From the IMG/VR virus record IMGVR_UViG_3300031578_000158, positions 1 to 37,482 of that record: a DNA stretch of 37,482 nucleotides; one strand, 5' to 3'. The position numbers were made by a program, and so were the translations under genes. The notes under the pieces are model-generated. The model did no database searches, was not told the origin of the DNA, and worked only from the letters and a program-made list of their open reading frames with translations. This document shows, one piece after another, positions 15,717 through 25,816 of the stretch. Within the stretch, counting starts at the first letter, position 1. Each line of letters begins with the position of its first letter. Source of the stretch: a virus. Lineage: Duplodnaviria > Caudoviricetes.

Positions 15717-16367
15717 ATGAGTGACTTCTGGATTCAAACGATGTCGGGCCGCAAGGTGTGCCTGGACAATATTGATCCATCAACCATTGACGAGATGGAT
15801 ATAGCTCATTCGTTAAGTATGCAGTCTAGGTTCAACGGCCACTGTTTGCGGCAGTACAACATTGCACAGCACAGTCTGTTGGTGTATGAGCTAGTCAAGA
15901 AGGCCATCGACTACCCCAAGAGGTTCCCACCTCTTACTGGGGCAGACATTGCCCATGAGATTACCGAACTACAGATCATGCTAGGGGCGCTGCTTCATGA
16001 CAGTTCAGAGGCATATACTGGGGATATTGTTAATCCATTAAAGAGATTCATCAGAAGCAAAACAACTGCATTTGATGACCTAGAAGAAGACATCACCAAA
16101 GTAATCTTTACGAAGTATGATTGTGTAACGACATATTCTCTGGGCCTAATCCATCCTTTGATAAAAGACTGCGACAGAGAGGCCCTAGCTATTGAGAAGA
16201 AGTATCTAATGATCCCGATTGCTGACATTTGGGGTAAGTTGCCGAACGTAGACTCCCATCCTCCCATTGATTGCCTATCTCCTGAGAGCGCCAAACACGA
16301 GTTTATAAAGGTGTTCAGCCATCTTAGGTCACAAATTAAACTAATGAGAACCATTGATGCCCGTTAA
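15717..16367 (+). CDS. HD-domain phosphohydrolase (YfbR/YfdR-like)
   Basis: IQTMSG, DIAHSLS...RFNGH...YNIAQHS, ALLHDSSEAYTGDI and IKDCD. Confidence 0.9.
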   Translation: MSDFWIQTMSGRKVCLDNIDPSTIDEMDIAHSLSMQSRFNGHCLRQYNIAQHSLLVYELVKKAIDYPKRFPPLTGADIAHEITELQIMLGALLHDSSEAYTGDIVNPLKRFIRSKTTAFDDLEEDITKVIFTKYDCVTTYSLGLIHPLIKDCDREALAIEKKYLMIPIADIWGKLPNVDSHPPIDCLSPESAKHEFIKVFSHLRSQIKLMRTIDAR

Positions 16368-16863
16368 CTCGCTCCCATATCCAGAAGAATTTGAGAGAAT
16401 GGTATACGCCAGAGAGGTGGAACCATCCTACTCTGCCATCGCCAGAAGGTTTGGGGTGAGTCGGGCGTGGGCCAGTAAGTATTACAACAAACAGGGTGTA
16501 GACATCCAGACACTCAAGAGGTCTAGGCAGATCACCATCAGCAGATGCGATTGTATTTCTGTCATATCTTCGGGTAAGACGATTAAAGCTGGGGCCGAAA
16601 CATTTGGGCTGAGTCCATCTCAATATAAGCGCTCCCTAAGAGAACATGGATTGACACAAAGGAAGAGGTTAGATATTCTCAGAGAGATCCACAAGAGACA
16701 GGCCAACGAGGAATATCTTTATTTGTGCGACAAGGCCGGTAGGAATCTGTCCTCTCATGACCTAAAATCCCAGAAGAAGCATAAACTATATGGCAGGATT
16801 TATAGATTATTTGGTTCGTTTGTGGAGTTCCGCAACCAAGTGGGTGAGGGCAAAAGTGGCTAA
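16354..16863 (+). CDS. HTH DNA-binding protein
   Basis: SYSAIARRFGVSRAWASKY, plus a second HTH-like segment TIKAGAETFGLSPSQYKR. Confidence 0.65.
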   Translation: MMPVNSLPYPEEFERMVYAREVEPSYSAIARRFGVSRAWASKYYNKQGVDIQTLKRSRQITISRCDCISVISSGKTIKAGAETFGLSPSQYKRSLREHGLTQRKRLDILREIHKRQANEEYLYLCDKAGRNLSSHDLKSQKKHKLYGRIYRLFGSFVEFRNQVGEGKSG

Positions 16864-17131
16864 GAAAAAACAAGCAGAAGAAAGAAACGTACAGATTGTA
16901 ATCTTTGGTATTATGCCATCTGGCGAGAGAGTTGATATTATTTCTGCTGGGCAGAACATTATTCTTCCATTTTCTGAAGCGGACACTGTGAGAAAATACA
17001 TTACAGCCACATTGACCAAGGGGGAAAATATTGGATTTTCCTTTGACGTAGACGATCGTGAGATCGAGAAATTGAGTGTCTTTATTTCTTCAAGTATAAC
17101 AAGCGTTACAATTGGGATTATGAAGATATAG
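16856..17131 (+). CDS. Hypothetical protein
   Basis: GTG 16856 after GAGG; overlaps the upstream stop. Confidence 0.55.
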   Translation: MAKKKQAEERNVQIVIFGIMPSGERVDIISAGQNIILPFSEADTVRKYITATLTKGENIGFSFDVDDREIEKLSVFISSSITSVTIGIMKI

Positions 17132-17184
17132 TGTTGACATTGGTTGTTCTGTGTGATACAAAGGCCGCTAACAGGAGGATTGTC

Positions 17185-17523
17185 GTGGACAAATTGGAAC
17201 GTAGAGATAGAATTCGTAATCTGATTAAGTCTCGTGGGAAGCTAGGAGCATTCGTTAGCTCTTGGAATGTCAGCAGATACAGACTAGCTAAACTGACTGA
17301 TGACCTGCCCGATGGCGAGGTGTTTGATAAGTTCGTTAAAACGTTCTCTGTTGACCCTGGTGAATTTTGGGACGGTGATGATCTCGATAAGATTAGAGCC
17401 AGGACAGGGAACCGGGGCCGCCCCGTTGGGGCCAAGGTGCGCAAGACAAAGCTAGTTGAGATTATGCTTTCGTCTAACGACGATGACGACGACTACATTG
17501 ATGACCTGGATCATTTCTTTTAG
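17185..17523 (+). CDS. XRE-like HTH protein with AT-hook-like motif and acidic tail
   Basis: AGGAGG SD before GTG 17185; LGAFVSSWNVSRYRLAKL...FSVDPGEF; NRGRPVGAK; DDDDDYIDDLD. Confidence 0.5.
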   Translation: MDKLERRDRIRNLIKSRGKLGAFVSSWNVSRYRLAKLTDDLPDGEVFDKFVKTFSVDPGEFWDGDDLDKIRARTGNRGRPVGAKVRKTKLVEIMLSSNDDDDDYIDDLDHFF

Positions 17524-17549
17524 ATTAAAGATCACGCAATCTAGATATT

Positions 17550-17593
17550 AGACCTCCTGCCGGGTGTTCCTTCCTGGTTGGGGGTCTTTTTTT
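17550..17593 (+). terminator. Intrinsic terminator
   Basis: Long stem AGACCTCC..GCCGGG / CCTGGT..GGGGGTCT followed by a T-run. Confidence 0.8.
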
Positions 17594-17599
17594 GTGCTC

Positions 17600-17628
17600 T
17601 TGACTGTTTAACATTAATAATGTATGGT
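17600..17628 (+). promoter_or_regulatory. Sigma70-type promoter for the packaging operon
   Basis: TTGACT-17 bp-TATGGT. Confidence 0.65.
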
Positions 17629-17647
17629 AATTTCGGAGGTTTAGGTA

Positions 17648-18157
17648 ATGGCGAGTTCCACTGCGGACAAGAAAATTACTGAATTCATTAAAGACTTAAA
17701 TTCTACAACTCCAAGAAAAAGAGCAAAAAGGGAAGATGGCGTAATCGCCATGTTGGAGTTGTTGGACCCACTTGAGCTAAATAACTTATGTGGGAACGAC
17801 AAAGAATTCAGGTTAACCGTAGATGCAGAGAACCGCCGTGCCGTTCTCAAGGCACAACATCTTCTTCATCTTGTACTAGAAGAGATGATGTCAGAGGAAA
17901 GACTTGAATGCACGAATCTTGATGACCTGAGAAAGACAGCAGATGCTGCTGCAAAGATTTCCCAGCTTCTCAATAACAGGCCCACTGCCATTGCAGGGAA
18001 GCCTGACTTAGATGAATCAAGTGATGACGACATTACCAAGAAACCACATTCTTCACTTACCGATGATGAATTGGCAGTGATGATGAAGAGAGCCCAGGAC
18101 AACAAGCAGAGGCTAGAAAAGAATATTGGTCCTGTTAGGTTACATAAGGATAAGTAG
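17648..18157 (+). CDS. terS: Probable terminase small subunit
   Basis: Helical 169-aa protein directly upstream of TerL; positional call only. Confidence 0.55.
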   Translation: MASSTADKKITEFIKDLNSTTPRKRAKREDGVIAMLELLDPLELNNLCGNDKEFRLTVDAENRRAVLKAQHLLHLVLEEMMSEERLECTNLDDLRKTADAAAKISQLLNNRPTAIAGKPDLDESSDDDITKKPHSSLTDDELAVMMKRAQDNKQRLEKNIGPVRLHKDK

Positions 18158-19824
18158 TGGCAGAGAAGAAAGTATTCAAACGCAAGGGTAGTTCTAGTTG
18201 GCTAAAAGATAGCCAATACTACAATCCTGCCAGGCTCAAGTTCGCCAACAAGAAGGAGCGCGAAGAGTTTATCGGACAAATGCTTCTTGAGGAATCCCTC
18301 ATGGAGGAGAGTATGATCCGCCAGGCCAGGGTGGATCCCTGTGTATTCATTGAATACGTGATGAAGGACGATAGCCCTGATAGTGGGAACAGGAAGATTG
18401 AATTAGCCAAGTTCCAGAGGGATCAACTTATCCCACATTTTATGGACAATCCGAATGCCATTGCCGTGATCCCAAGAGAACACGGCAAGACCACAATCCT
18501 GATTGGTTTGATCCTGTGGTTGATCGGCAATAATCCAAACATTCGTGTGAAGCTGGTCTGTAACTCAGATGACAACGCAAAGAAGCGATTAGGTAAGATT
18601 GTTACCTACATGATGCACGATCCTGATTTTAAGAAAGTGTTTCCTGACATTAAGCCAGATCTCCGTGCCTCATGGACCAAAACAGCTATTACGGTGAAGC
18701 GTGACACAATTGCTGTAGACCCAACCATTGAGGCGTGTGCAGTTCTTTCTACGGCTACCGGTGGACGCGCTGACGTTCTGCTTGTAGACGATCCGGTTGA
18801 TGCTAGAAATACCATCCAAAACCCAGCACTCCAGAAAACAGTTAAGTCTGTGTTCAAGAGTGTGTGGATGAATATTCTAGTGCCCAATGGAAAGATTTGG
18901 TATATTGCTACTCTTTGGAGCAAGGCAGATCTCACTCATGAACTGATGAAGAACAAGAGGTTCAAGACCCTCAAGATTGAGGTTGGGCCTGACTACCAGA
19001 CAATTTGGGAAGATCGTTGGCCCAGAGAACGACTTGTTGAAAAGAGGGAGTCTATTGGCTCCGTTGAGTATGACAGAAACTTTAGACACCTTGTTGTATC
19101 AGATGAGGACAGAATTTTCTCTGACTATGTGTTGTCCAGACTTCCCAACGACAGACTTGGGATCGAGGATATACCAGATAGCTGGAGTAAGTTTGGGGGT
19201 ATCGACCTCGCCATATCAAAGAGACTAGATTCAGCATACACAGTAATGTTTACAATTGCAGTAAACCCAGAGAATAATCACAGAGTTGTGTGTGAGATTG
19301 CTAGGGGGAGATACTCGTCCCCAGAGACAGCACAGATGATTGCTCGTCAATTCGACAAGTGGAAACACCAGATGATTTATCTTGAAACAAATGGTTACCA
19401 AAGAGCAATCAAAGAATGGATGGAAGTAGCTGGTTATAGTATTATCCCAATGAGGTCATTTTTCACTGGTGCCACCAGCAAAATGGACATTGCAACAGGT
19501 GTTAGCTCTATTGGTGTAGAGATGGAAAATGGCAATTGGGAAATACCTATGAAAAACCATGAAGAATCTGGTATGATAGGTGGAGATCAATGTCGATGTT
19601 CTTTCCATAAATATCTGACTGAATTGAGACATTATCCACTTTCTGAAACTACTGATATTGTTATGGCTTCTTGGCTTGCCCGGGAGGCAGCTAGGCGTTA
19701 CCGGGGGGGATCATTCATTAGGGTTATAGGTGAGAGCGATCCAGAAGAGGATCATGTACCTGCGCCTAGACTGATTGACAGCATTGACAGCCACGGCCCG
19801 CTAGAGCGGTTAGGAATTTTTTAA
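18157..19824 (+). CDS. terL: Terminase large subunit
   Basis: Walker A PREHGKTT, Walker B GGRADVLLVDDP, nuclease GIDLA, ETNGYQ and DIVMA. Confidence 0.95.
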   Translation: MAEKKVFKRKGSSSWLKDSQYYNPARLKFANKKEREEFIGQMLLEESLMEESMIRQARVDPCVFIEYVMKDDSPDSGNRKIELAKFQRDQLIPHFMDNPNAIAVIPREHGKTTILIGLILWLIGNNPNIRVKLVCNSDDNAKKRLGKIVTYMMHDPDFKKVFPDIKPDLRASWTKTAITVKRDTIAVDPTIEACAVLSTATGGRADVLLVDDPVDARNTIQNPALQKTVKSVFKSVWMNILVPNGKIWYIATLWSKADLTHELMKNKRFKTLKIEVGPDYQTIWEDRWPRERLVEKRESIGSVEYDRNFRHLVVSDEDRIFSDYVLSRLPNDRLGIEDIPDSWSKFGGIDLAISKRLDSAYTVMFTIAVNPENNHRVVCEIARGRYSSPETAQMIARQFDKWKHQMIYLETNGYQRAIKEWMEVAGYSIIPMRSFFTGATSKMDIATGVSSIGVEMENGNWEIPMKNHEESGMIGGDQCRCSFHKYLTELRHYPLSETTDIVMASWLAREAARRYRGGSFIRVIGESDPEEDHVPAPRLIDSIDSHGPLERLGIF

Positions 19825-21263
19825 TGGGTTTTTTTGATAGAACCAATAAGCCATTGTCGGTTACTGCAAAGATCCTTCACAAAGAAGAGAAGGCTTCTGC
19901 GCAAACACCACTGGTGTCAACTAGTGCAGTAGATGTTAGCAGCTCCAGTGTTGACATTGATTTCCAATCTCTTCCCGACTTTTATTCAACATCTTGGGTT
20001 TATGTATCCGTTAGCAAAACTGCAAATTCATGCTCTTGTATCCCAATTAAGGTTTTCAACAAAGAGATCATCACGAGAGAGACTGAAACCAAGGATGCAC
20101 AAGGGAATGTTGAAACAGTAAAGTTCGAAGAGGAAAGGATAAGCAGGGTCCACGGGGCAAGACTAGAGCGACTATGGAAAAAGGCCAACCCCAACATGAA
20201 CGGCACAGACCTCATACGGGATCTTGTGTCCTACATGTTCTTGACCGGACAAGGGATGCTTGAGGTTGTCAGAGACGGGAACGATTCTCCATCTGAGCTA
20301 TACATTATTGACCCCAGAAGAATGGAGCCGATTCCAGATCCCAAGACCAAGATCAAGGGGTGGAAATATACAGTCAACAATAAAACGATATTTCTTGATA
20401 AGAGGGACGTAATCCATATCCCATTTTTCCATCCAAGTAATAATTTCTGGGGGTACCCCACGTCTAAGACCGCCAAGCGCAGGGTACTGACAGATGAGAA
20501 GGCCCTTTTGTTTAGGGAGAGATTCTTTGACAATAACGCCCTTGTCACCGGAGTCCTTGAGACCGATCAGGAATTGACCGATCCTCAATACAAGCGAGTA
20601 GATAAGTTCTGGTCACAAACATATGCTGGTGTCCGTAATTCACATAAAGTAGCTATTCTTGAGGGGGGCTTAAAGTTCAAAGCCATCTCACACAAAGCTC
20701 AAGAGATGGAATACAATGCCGGTAGGGAGTTTCTCAGGGATGAGATTTTTGCCATTTACGGCATGTACCCTGCGGTTGTGGGGATGAGTAAGGGCTTGAG
20801 TTCTGGTGAGATCGAGCAGCAGTACAAGATGTATTACCAGGAAACAATTATGCCCATCATGAAGCTGATTGTATCCAAGATTAATGAGTTCTTCTTTGGT
20901 GATGCGCGATTTAACAATAGGCGGCAACAGCAGTTTGCTATGTTTGACTTTTCTGAGGTGCCCGCAATGCGCGGTGACATTGAGGCTGAGTCTCGCATGG
21001 CTGCTCGTTATGTGGATCGTGGAATTATGAAGATCAATGAAGCCAGGGCTTCGTTCCTGCATATGCCATCTGTTGAGTGGGGAGAGCATTTCTTCAAACC
21101 AATGAATCAGGAGCTTTGGGTCCCCGGTCAGACTCCCGTACAGGAAGGCGAGAACCCCAGTGGTGGACCGGGAACGTCCCCTGGCAACGATGGAACACAA
21201 CCGGGGACAGAACCAGATCGAGGCCCCGGGGAAGACCCTGAAATTGATGTTGGTCAAACTTAA
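19824..21263 (+). CDS. HK97-family portal protein
   Basis: WVY.SV, NPNM, DVIHI...NFWGYP, FFDNNA, NSHKVAILEGGLKF, INEARA; Pro/Gly-rich tail. Confidence 0.95.
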   Translation: MGFFDRTNKPLSVTAKILHKEEKASAQTPLVSTSAVDVSSSSVDIDFQSLPDFYSTSWVYVSVSKTANSCSCIPIKVFNKEIITRETETKDAQGNVETVKFEEERISRVHGARLERLWKKANPNMNGTDLIRDLVSYMFLTGQGMLEVVRDGNDSPSELYIIDPRRMEPIPDPKTKIKGWKYTVNNKTIFLDKRDVIHIPFFHPSNNFWGYPTSKTAKRRVLTDEKALLFRERFFDNNALVTGVLETDQELTDPQYKRVDKFWSQTYAGVRNSHKVAILEGGLKFKAISHKAQEMEYNAGREFLRDEIFAIYGMYPAVVGMSKGLSSGEIEQQYKMYYQETIMPIMKLIVSKINEFFFGDARFNNRRQQQFAMFDFSEVPAMRGDIEAESRMAARYVDRGIMKINEARASFLHMPSVEWGEHFFKPMNQELWVPGQTPVQEGENPSGGPGTSPGNDGTQPGTEPDRGPGEDPEIDVGQT

Positions 21264-21273
21264 TGATATTATG

Positions 21274-21302
21274 TGGACTTTTATGTATTGTCGTGATATA
21301 TT
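21274..21302 (+). promoter_or_regulatory. Possible promoter for protease/capsid
   Basis: TGGACT-17 bp-TATATT with TGn extension. Confidence 0.55.
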
Positions 21303-21330
21303 CTTTTTAGACTTTTAAGGAGGGTGGGTT

Positions 21331-22692
21331 TTGGATATTACTATTCCCTTTAGTACAGAAACTCTAGGTAAGGACATTCTAGGTGATTTTAATATTGATG
21401 GGAAAGGTATGTTCTTTGCTCCCATCCAGAAAGCACTAGGAGATAACAGTACCGGCACGGTAGTTAGGGGCATGGCCTCTACGTCAGATGAAGATAGGAC
21501 TGGAGATATTGTCCTACCGGATGCGTTCCGGTCTTCCATTGAATTCTTCATGAGCAACAATCCCCTGATGTTTCTTAACCATAATTGGGACGCACCAATT
21601 GGTAGAGTTACGTCGGCAGAGATTACCTCGTCTGGGTTGGCAATTGTAGGTAAGTTGGACGATGCCGCTGACAATCCAGAGGCAAAGCGTGCGGCAGGGT
21701 ATGTGGACCGTAACCTGTTGAATGCGTTTAGTATTGGGTTCAGGATTCTGGATTTTGATTTCCGTATGGATCCACATGACGAGTTTTCGATTGTGGGCAT
21801 GATCATCAAGGATCTTGAGTTGCTTGAGGTTTCTCTTGTAACCATCCCTGCTAACCGCAATGCGACGACAAACTCTTTCAAGATGTTTGGGCAGGTTGGT
21901 AGCGACCTCCAAGCCAGGAAGATGGCAGAGCACAAGAAGAATCTTGAACACAACGAGACCAAGAATCTAGTTGTAGAGATTGAGGAGATCCAAAATATTA
22001 CTACAGAGACTAAAGAGATCGAGGAAAATTCCCCCAGGGGGGTTGCCGAGATCAAATCTGATTTGTATGGCATTCTTTGTGATGATGACTTTGGGACGCT
22101 TGAGGAAGACGAGGAGCTTTCGCGGGCAGTAAAGTATTCAGAGCTGGCCCTTGAGCTAGACAGTTCCGGTCTGCATTGCCCCCACTACAGGAAACATACG
22201 AAGATGGAGATCAAGGAGATTCTTGACGGTAAGCGCTATGAGTTCCAACTCTTTTTCGCAGATGACGAAGAGGTTATGGTTTGGGAGAATACTTCCAATG
22301 AGATTCATAAGCTCAATGAAATGCCGAGAATGATCAAGAATCACATCAAGTCTACGGATACCTACAACAAGCTATCCGAGATTAATACACTAGTTAAATG
22401 GTTTAATAATTGTAATGCACTTGACAATACCGAAATTGAAGTGCATAATGTTGATAATTCTTTGGAAGACGAAACTACCGAGAACGTAGTCAAGTCGCCT
22501 GAAACCGAGAAGGTTGAAGTTCCATCCAAGAATACCGGTGGTGAAAGTGCGAAACTGGAACTGGCCGTAGCAATCAAGGGTGTGCTGGACAAGCTAGATA
22601 GCATTGAGAAGGCACAAAAGGGACGAGATACCCAGGTAAACGTGCTGATTGAAAGAGCAATCAGCCAAGCTAAACTTTCAGGAGATTTGTAA
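21331..22692 (+). CDS. HK97-type prohead protease with long acidic C-terminal extension
   Basis: GMAST..EDRTGDIV, FLNHNWDAPIG, AFSIGF and LLEVSLVTIPAN. Confidence 0.93.
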   Translation: MDITIPFSTETLGKDILGDFNIDGKGMFFAPIQKALGDNSTGTVVRGMASTSDEDRTGDIVLPDAFRSSIEFFMSNNPLMFLNHNWDAPIGRVTSAEITSSGLAIVGKLDDAADNPEAKRAAGYVDRNLLNAFSIGFRILDFDFRMDPHDEFSIVGMIIKDLELLEVSLVTIPANRNATTNSFKMFGQVGSDLQARKMAEHKKNLEHNETKNLVVEIEEIQNITTETKEIEENSPRGVAEIKSDLYGILCDDDFGTLEEDEELSRAVKYSELALELDSSGLHCPHYRKHTKMEIKEILDGKRYEFQLFFADDEEVMVWENTSNEIHKLNEMPRMIKNHIKSTDTYNKLSEINTLVKWFNNCNALDNTEIEVHNVDNSLEDETTENVVKSPETEKVEVPSKNTGGESAKLELAVAIKGVLDKLDSIEKAQKGRDTQVNVLIERAISQAKLSGDL

Positions 22693-24030
22693 ATGTCTGA
22701 CGAGAATGTTGTCACTATTGATGACCAGCTTGTCGAGGCCGTTAAGGACATTAATGCTAGGTTGAAGGGACTTGAGACCGGTGCGGTTGAGAGTCGAGAA
22801 GCTGAGATTAATGCTGCTGTGCAGAAGGCTATTGCCGATCATGCAGAGCGGACCACTGCGACCCGCAAGACTGAGGATGAGGTTGAGTTTCAGGCCACTC
22901 AGGCCAAGGCTAGTTACAAGAGCTTTGTTAATTCGAGAACTGCTAAGGGATCTGACAACGAAGAGGCGCAGCGTCTTAATGATGAGCTGCTTCTTATGTC
23001 CAAGATCACCCAGCGTCCGGTCCAGTCCCTCAAGGGATTCGGTGAGTTTAATGCTCTAATGAAGACCTTGTATACGTCCAACACGGGCGGCGGCGAAGAG
23101 TATATTCCTACCCTTCTGTCCAACCGTCTTGCTGAGAAAGTGCGTCTTGAGCTGCGGGTTGCCGCGCTTTTTGATGACTTTGTTATGCCTTCGCAGCCCT
23201 TCGATTGGCCGCTGGAAGGTTCCGATTCTTCGGCGTACCTCGTCGGTGAGTCTACCAGCGTAATTGTTGGTGCTACTGTTATTGCTAATTCGGATCCTGG
23301 CACCGCCAAGGTCCAGTTCTCTGCTGTGAAGCTCGGTTCCAAGACAATCTTCTCTGCCGAGGTTGATGAGGATTCTTTGATCCCCATTATGCCGTATGTT
23401 GAGAAGAAGATTGCTCAGGCCATGGCTAACGCCGTGGAAGATGCGATTATCAACGGTGATACTGCTGGCACACATCAGGACTCTGATGTTCTGTCTGCTG
23501 CCGATCATCGGAAGGCTTGGGATGGTTTGCGCAAGCTGACCAACGCTGGTGCGAAGGTGGCTCTTACTACTTTCAGTGAGACCAACCTCCGAAGCATCCG
23601 TGGCAAGATGGGCAAGTACGGCGTCAATCCCCGTGATCTTGTGTACATTGTGTCGCCTGCTGGATACAACAAGTTCCTTGATCTGGATGACGTGACTACT
23701 CTGGATAAGTATGGTCCCCAGGCGGTTGTGATTACTGGCGAGCTTGCTAAGTTTGACGGTATTCCTATCATGATCTCTGAGTTTGTGCGCGAGAACCTCA
23801 ATGTGACTGGCGTGTATGACGGTATTACCGTTAACAATACTCAGGCGATTCTGGCCCGACCCGATCAGTTCCTTATTGGACGGAGGCGTCAGCTTACCGT
23901 TCAGTCCGAGAAGCTGATTGAGGAGGATCAGGTCAAGGTTGTGGCTCATGATCGGCTGCACTTCCGCCATATCAACGAGACGCCTACTGCGTCTAACTTC
24001 GTTGGTTTGGGCAATGACGTGGCTGTCTAA
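22693..24030 (+). CDS. Major capsid protein, HK97 fold
   Basis: Coiled-coil delta domain, GGGEEYIP, EDAIINGD, GELAKFDGIPI; follows the protease. Confidence 0.95.
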   Translation: MSDENVVTIDDQLVEAVKDINARLKGLETGAVESREAEINAAVQKAIADHAERTTATRKTEDEVEFQATQAKASYKSFVNSRTAKGSDNEEAQRLNDELLLMSKITQRPVQSLKGFGEFNALMKTLYTSNTGGGEEYIPTLLSNRLAEKVRLELRVAALFDDFVMPSQPFDWPLEGSDSSAYLVGESTSVIVGATVIANSDPGTAKVQFSAVKLGSKTIFSAEVDEDSLIPIMPYVEKKIAQAMANAVEDAIINGDTAGTHQDSDVLSAADHRKAWDGLRKLTNAGAKVALTTFSETNLRSIRGKMGKYGVNPRDLVYIVSPAGYNKFLDLDDVTTLDKYGPQAVVITGELAKFDGIPIMISEFVRENLNVTGVYDGITVNNTQAILARPDQFLIGRRRQLTVQSEKLIEEDQVKVVAHDRLHFRHINETPTASNFVGLGNDVAV

Positions 24031-24052
24031 GTAGTCTAGGTTTTACTCTAAC

Positions 24053-24088
24053 AGGAAGGCGGGGTGTTATTGCCCCGCCTTTCTTTTT
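24053..24088 (+). terminator. Intrinsic terminator after capsid gene, overlapped by a possible promoter
   Basis: AGGAAGGCGGGGTG-TTAT-TGCCCCGCCTTTCT-TTTT; TTGCCC (24070)-17 bp-TATGGT (24093). Confidence 0.9.
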
Positions 24089-24127
24089 GTGGTATGGTAA
24101 TCTTGATTATTTAGGAGGTAATCCGTA

Positions 24128-24490
24128 ATGCCGAAATATGGACATTTGGTTCGCTGTACTGCTGATTGTGAGAATTACGTTAAGGATGCCGATTACACTG
24201 TGGGGTTGAACATTACAGAGCATGAGGCAAATCGAGTCTTTTCTGAACACCCTAAGTGCTGGACGGTGTTGAGGTTTAATTCTAAATTTAAGGATAAGAA
24301 CCCAAAGCCAAAGTCCAAGGCAAGCAAAGAGAAAGTTGAGGATACCGTGGACGAGCCCGTGCAGTCTGATGTTGCCGATGTAACGGAGCAGATTGAGATT
24401 CCAGAGGTAAAGACTACTGGCCTGAAAAGCCCCGGTAAGACGTATAAGCCAGCGTGGTCAAGCCACAATCTATCTGACAAGGACGATTAA
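24128..24490 (+). CDS. Hypothetical head-region protein
   Basis: AGGAGG SD; 120 aa with a low-complexity C-terminal half. Confidence 0.65.
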   Translation: MPKYGHLVRCTADCENYVKDADYTVGLNITEHEANRVFSEHPKCWTVLRFNSKFKDKNPKPKSKASKEKVEDTVDEPVQSDVADVTEQIEIPEVKTTGLKSPGKTYKPAWSSHNLSDKDD

Positions 24491-25164
24491 TGTCTCTTAC
24501 CTTTGTAACCATTCAGGATTTAAGGCTCCATTCTGGGCTGACCGTTGGTGATTCCAGCAATGACACATTGCTGACGGACTATGCAGAATCATCTGAGGCT
24601 GAAATCCTCAATATGGTCCCAAGGTTCAAGGGCAGGATCTGGAATCAGCCGCTGTTTGTTGCGGCAGAGACACATGATCACCAGCCCAATGATATGTCGC
24701 CGGATGATTCTATTGTCCTGAAACATTATCCCGTGGCTTCTGTGGCGGGTGTCACCGATCTGAGCACTAACCTGCCCGTGAACACTGGTAGCTATTTTGT
24801 TAGGCCAGATGAAGGCATGGTGACATTCTTTCCCACTGACATTGATGTTGTGCTGGATACTATTTCTCCGGGGTTGAACACATCTCGTTTCCGCCCTGGC
24901 CTGGCGAGGGGCAAGCGTAAGTATACGATTTCATACACTGTTCCTGCCATGGAGACACCGGCAGACCTAAAAGGACTTGTGCTTAGGAATGCCAGGAATG
25001 AGTTTTTAGCTAAGGGTATTCCTGCCAATGTTCGATCCATCAAGGTTGGTGACATGGAGGTTGAGAACGAGCCCTCTGGCCGTAGGCAGGCGTATTTTAC
25101 TGATTCTGAATTCAATGTGATCAGAAGGTATATGGACTTTTATAGACATTCTACTGCGTTGTAA
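24490..25164 (+). CDS. Head-tail adaptor/connector
   Basis: FVTIQDLR..., LKHYPVASV, ISY...PADLK, IKVGD and IRRY pattern; position after the capsid gene. Confidence 0.75.
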   Translation: MSLTFVTIQDLRLHSGLTVGDSSNDTLLTDYAESSEAEILNMVPRFKGRIWNQPLFVAAETHDHQPNDMSPDDSIVLKHYPVASVAGVTDLSTNLPVNTGSYFVRPDEGMVTFFPTDIDVVLDTISPGLNTSRFRPGLARGKRKYTISYTVPAMETPADLKGLVLRNARNEFLAKGIPANVRSIKVGDMEVENEPSGRRQAYFTDSEFNVIRRYMDFYRHSTAL

Positions 25165-25166
25165 CC

Positions 25167-25796
25167 ATGTTAGAACTTCCAATCCCAGATTTTTTCCGAG
25201 TGAGTATACCCTTTACGGTATATAGGAAAACCGACTTCACATTGGATAGTGGAGGAGGCATTGCCGTTATTGGCGCTGGCCTGACCAGGCAACCGGATTC
25301 TCCGGCAAAGCAGTTGACCATTATGACGGGTGGTGGCGTGGGTGATTTCCCTGTTGATCTAACGTTTACTGGCACAGACGAAGACAATGTAGGTATCGTA
25401 GAAACGGTTACGTTTACGGACAATGGATTCAAGATTACCAGCAAGGTATTTAAGACAGTAACATCTATTGGCACAGTGGTGCCTGGTGGGTATTCGGATT
25501 CGGCTACGTTTACGATCCAGGCAAGAGCCAGAGGGAATGAGCCAATCTTTTCAAAGGTTGCAGTAAAGGCTGGGTTTAATCCAAGTTTCCAGCCAACTAC
25601 AAATTTGATTGACAAGATTAGATATCCCACTTCCGGCATGGAAGAAGAAGCGCACTCTGAGATCTACTTTAATAGAGATGAGTTCACTCCTATTTTGAGG
25701 GATATTTTTTCTAGTTCAGATTTGGGTGATTGGGAGGTTATTCATATTGCAACTTGGTTGCAAAGCCATTATAAACTTAGAGCAAAGAGGTTGTAA
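25167..25796 (+). CDS. Probable head-closure protein with inserted beta domain
   Basis: Position; LTFTGTD..IVETVTF..SKVFKTVTSI segment typical of virion proteins. Confidence 0.4.
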   Translation: MLELPIPDFFRVSIPFTVYRKTDFTLDSGGGIAVIGAGLTRQPDSPAKQLTIMTGGGVGDFPVDLTFTGTDEDNVGIVETVTFTDNGFKITSKVFKTVTSIGTVVPGGYSDSATFTIQARARGNEPIFSKVAVKAGFNPSFQPTTNLIDKIRYPTSGMEEEAHSEIYFNRDEFTPILRDIFSSSDLGDWEVIHIATWLQSHYKLRAKRL

Positions 25797-25816
25797 AAAT
25801 CCCGCTCGGAGGATAG

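Noticed and set aside
13786-16367. Z-genome or other base-substitution pathway suggested by the HD hydrolase and DUF3310
   Set aside because: Both families are common in phages, and no PurZ, MazZ or dedicated polymerase is visible here.
21315-23970. Long antisense ORFs over the protease and capsid genes
   Set aside because: Shadow frames of strongly biased coding sequence with no recognisable motifs.
18157-24030. Inteins or introns in terminase, portal, protease or capsid
   Set aside because: Lengths and motif spacing are normal apart from short or terminal extensions; no splicing or homing-endonuclease motifs were seen.
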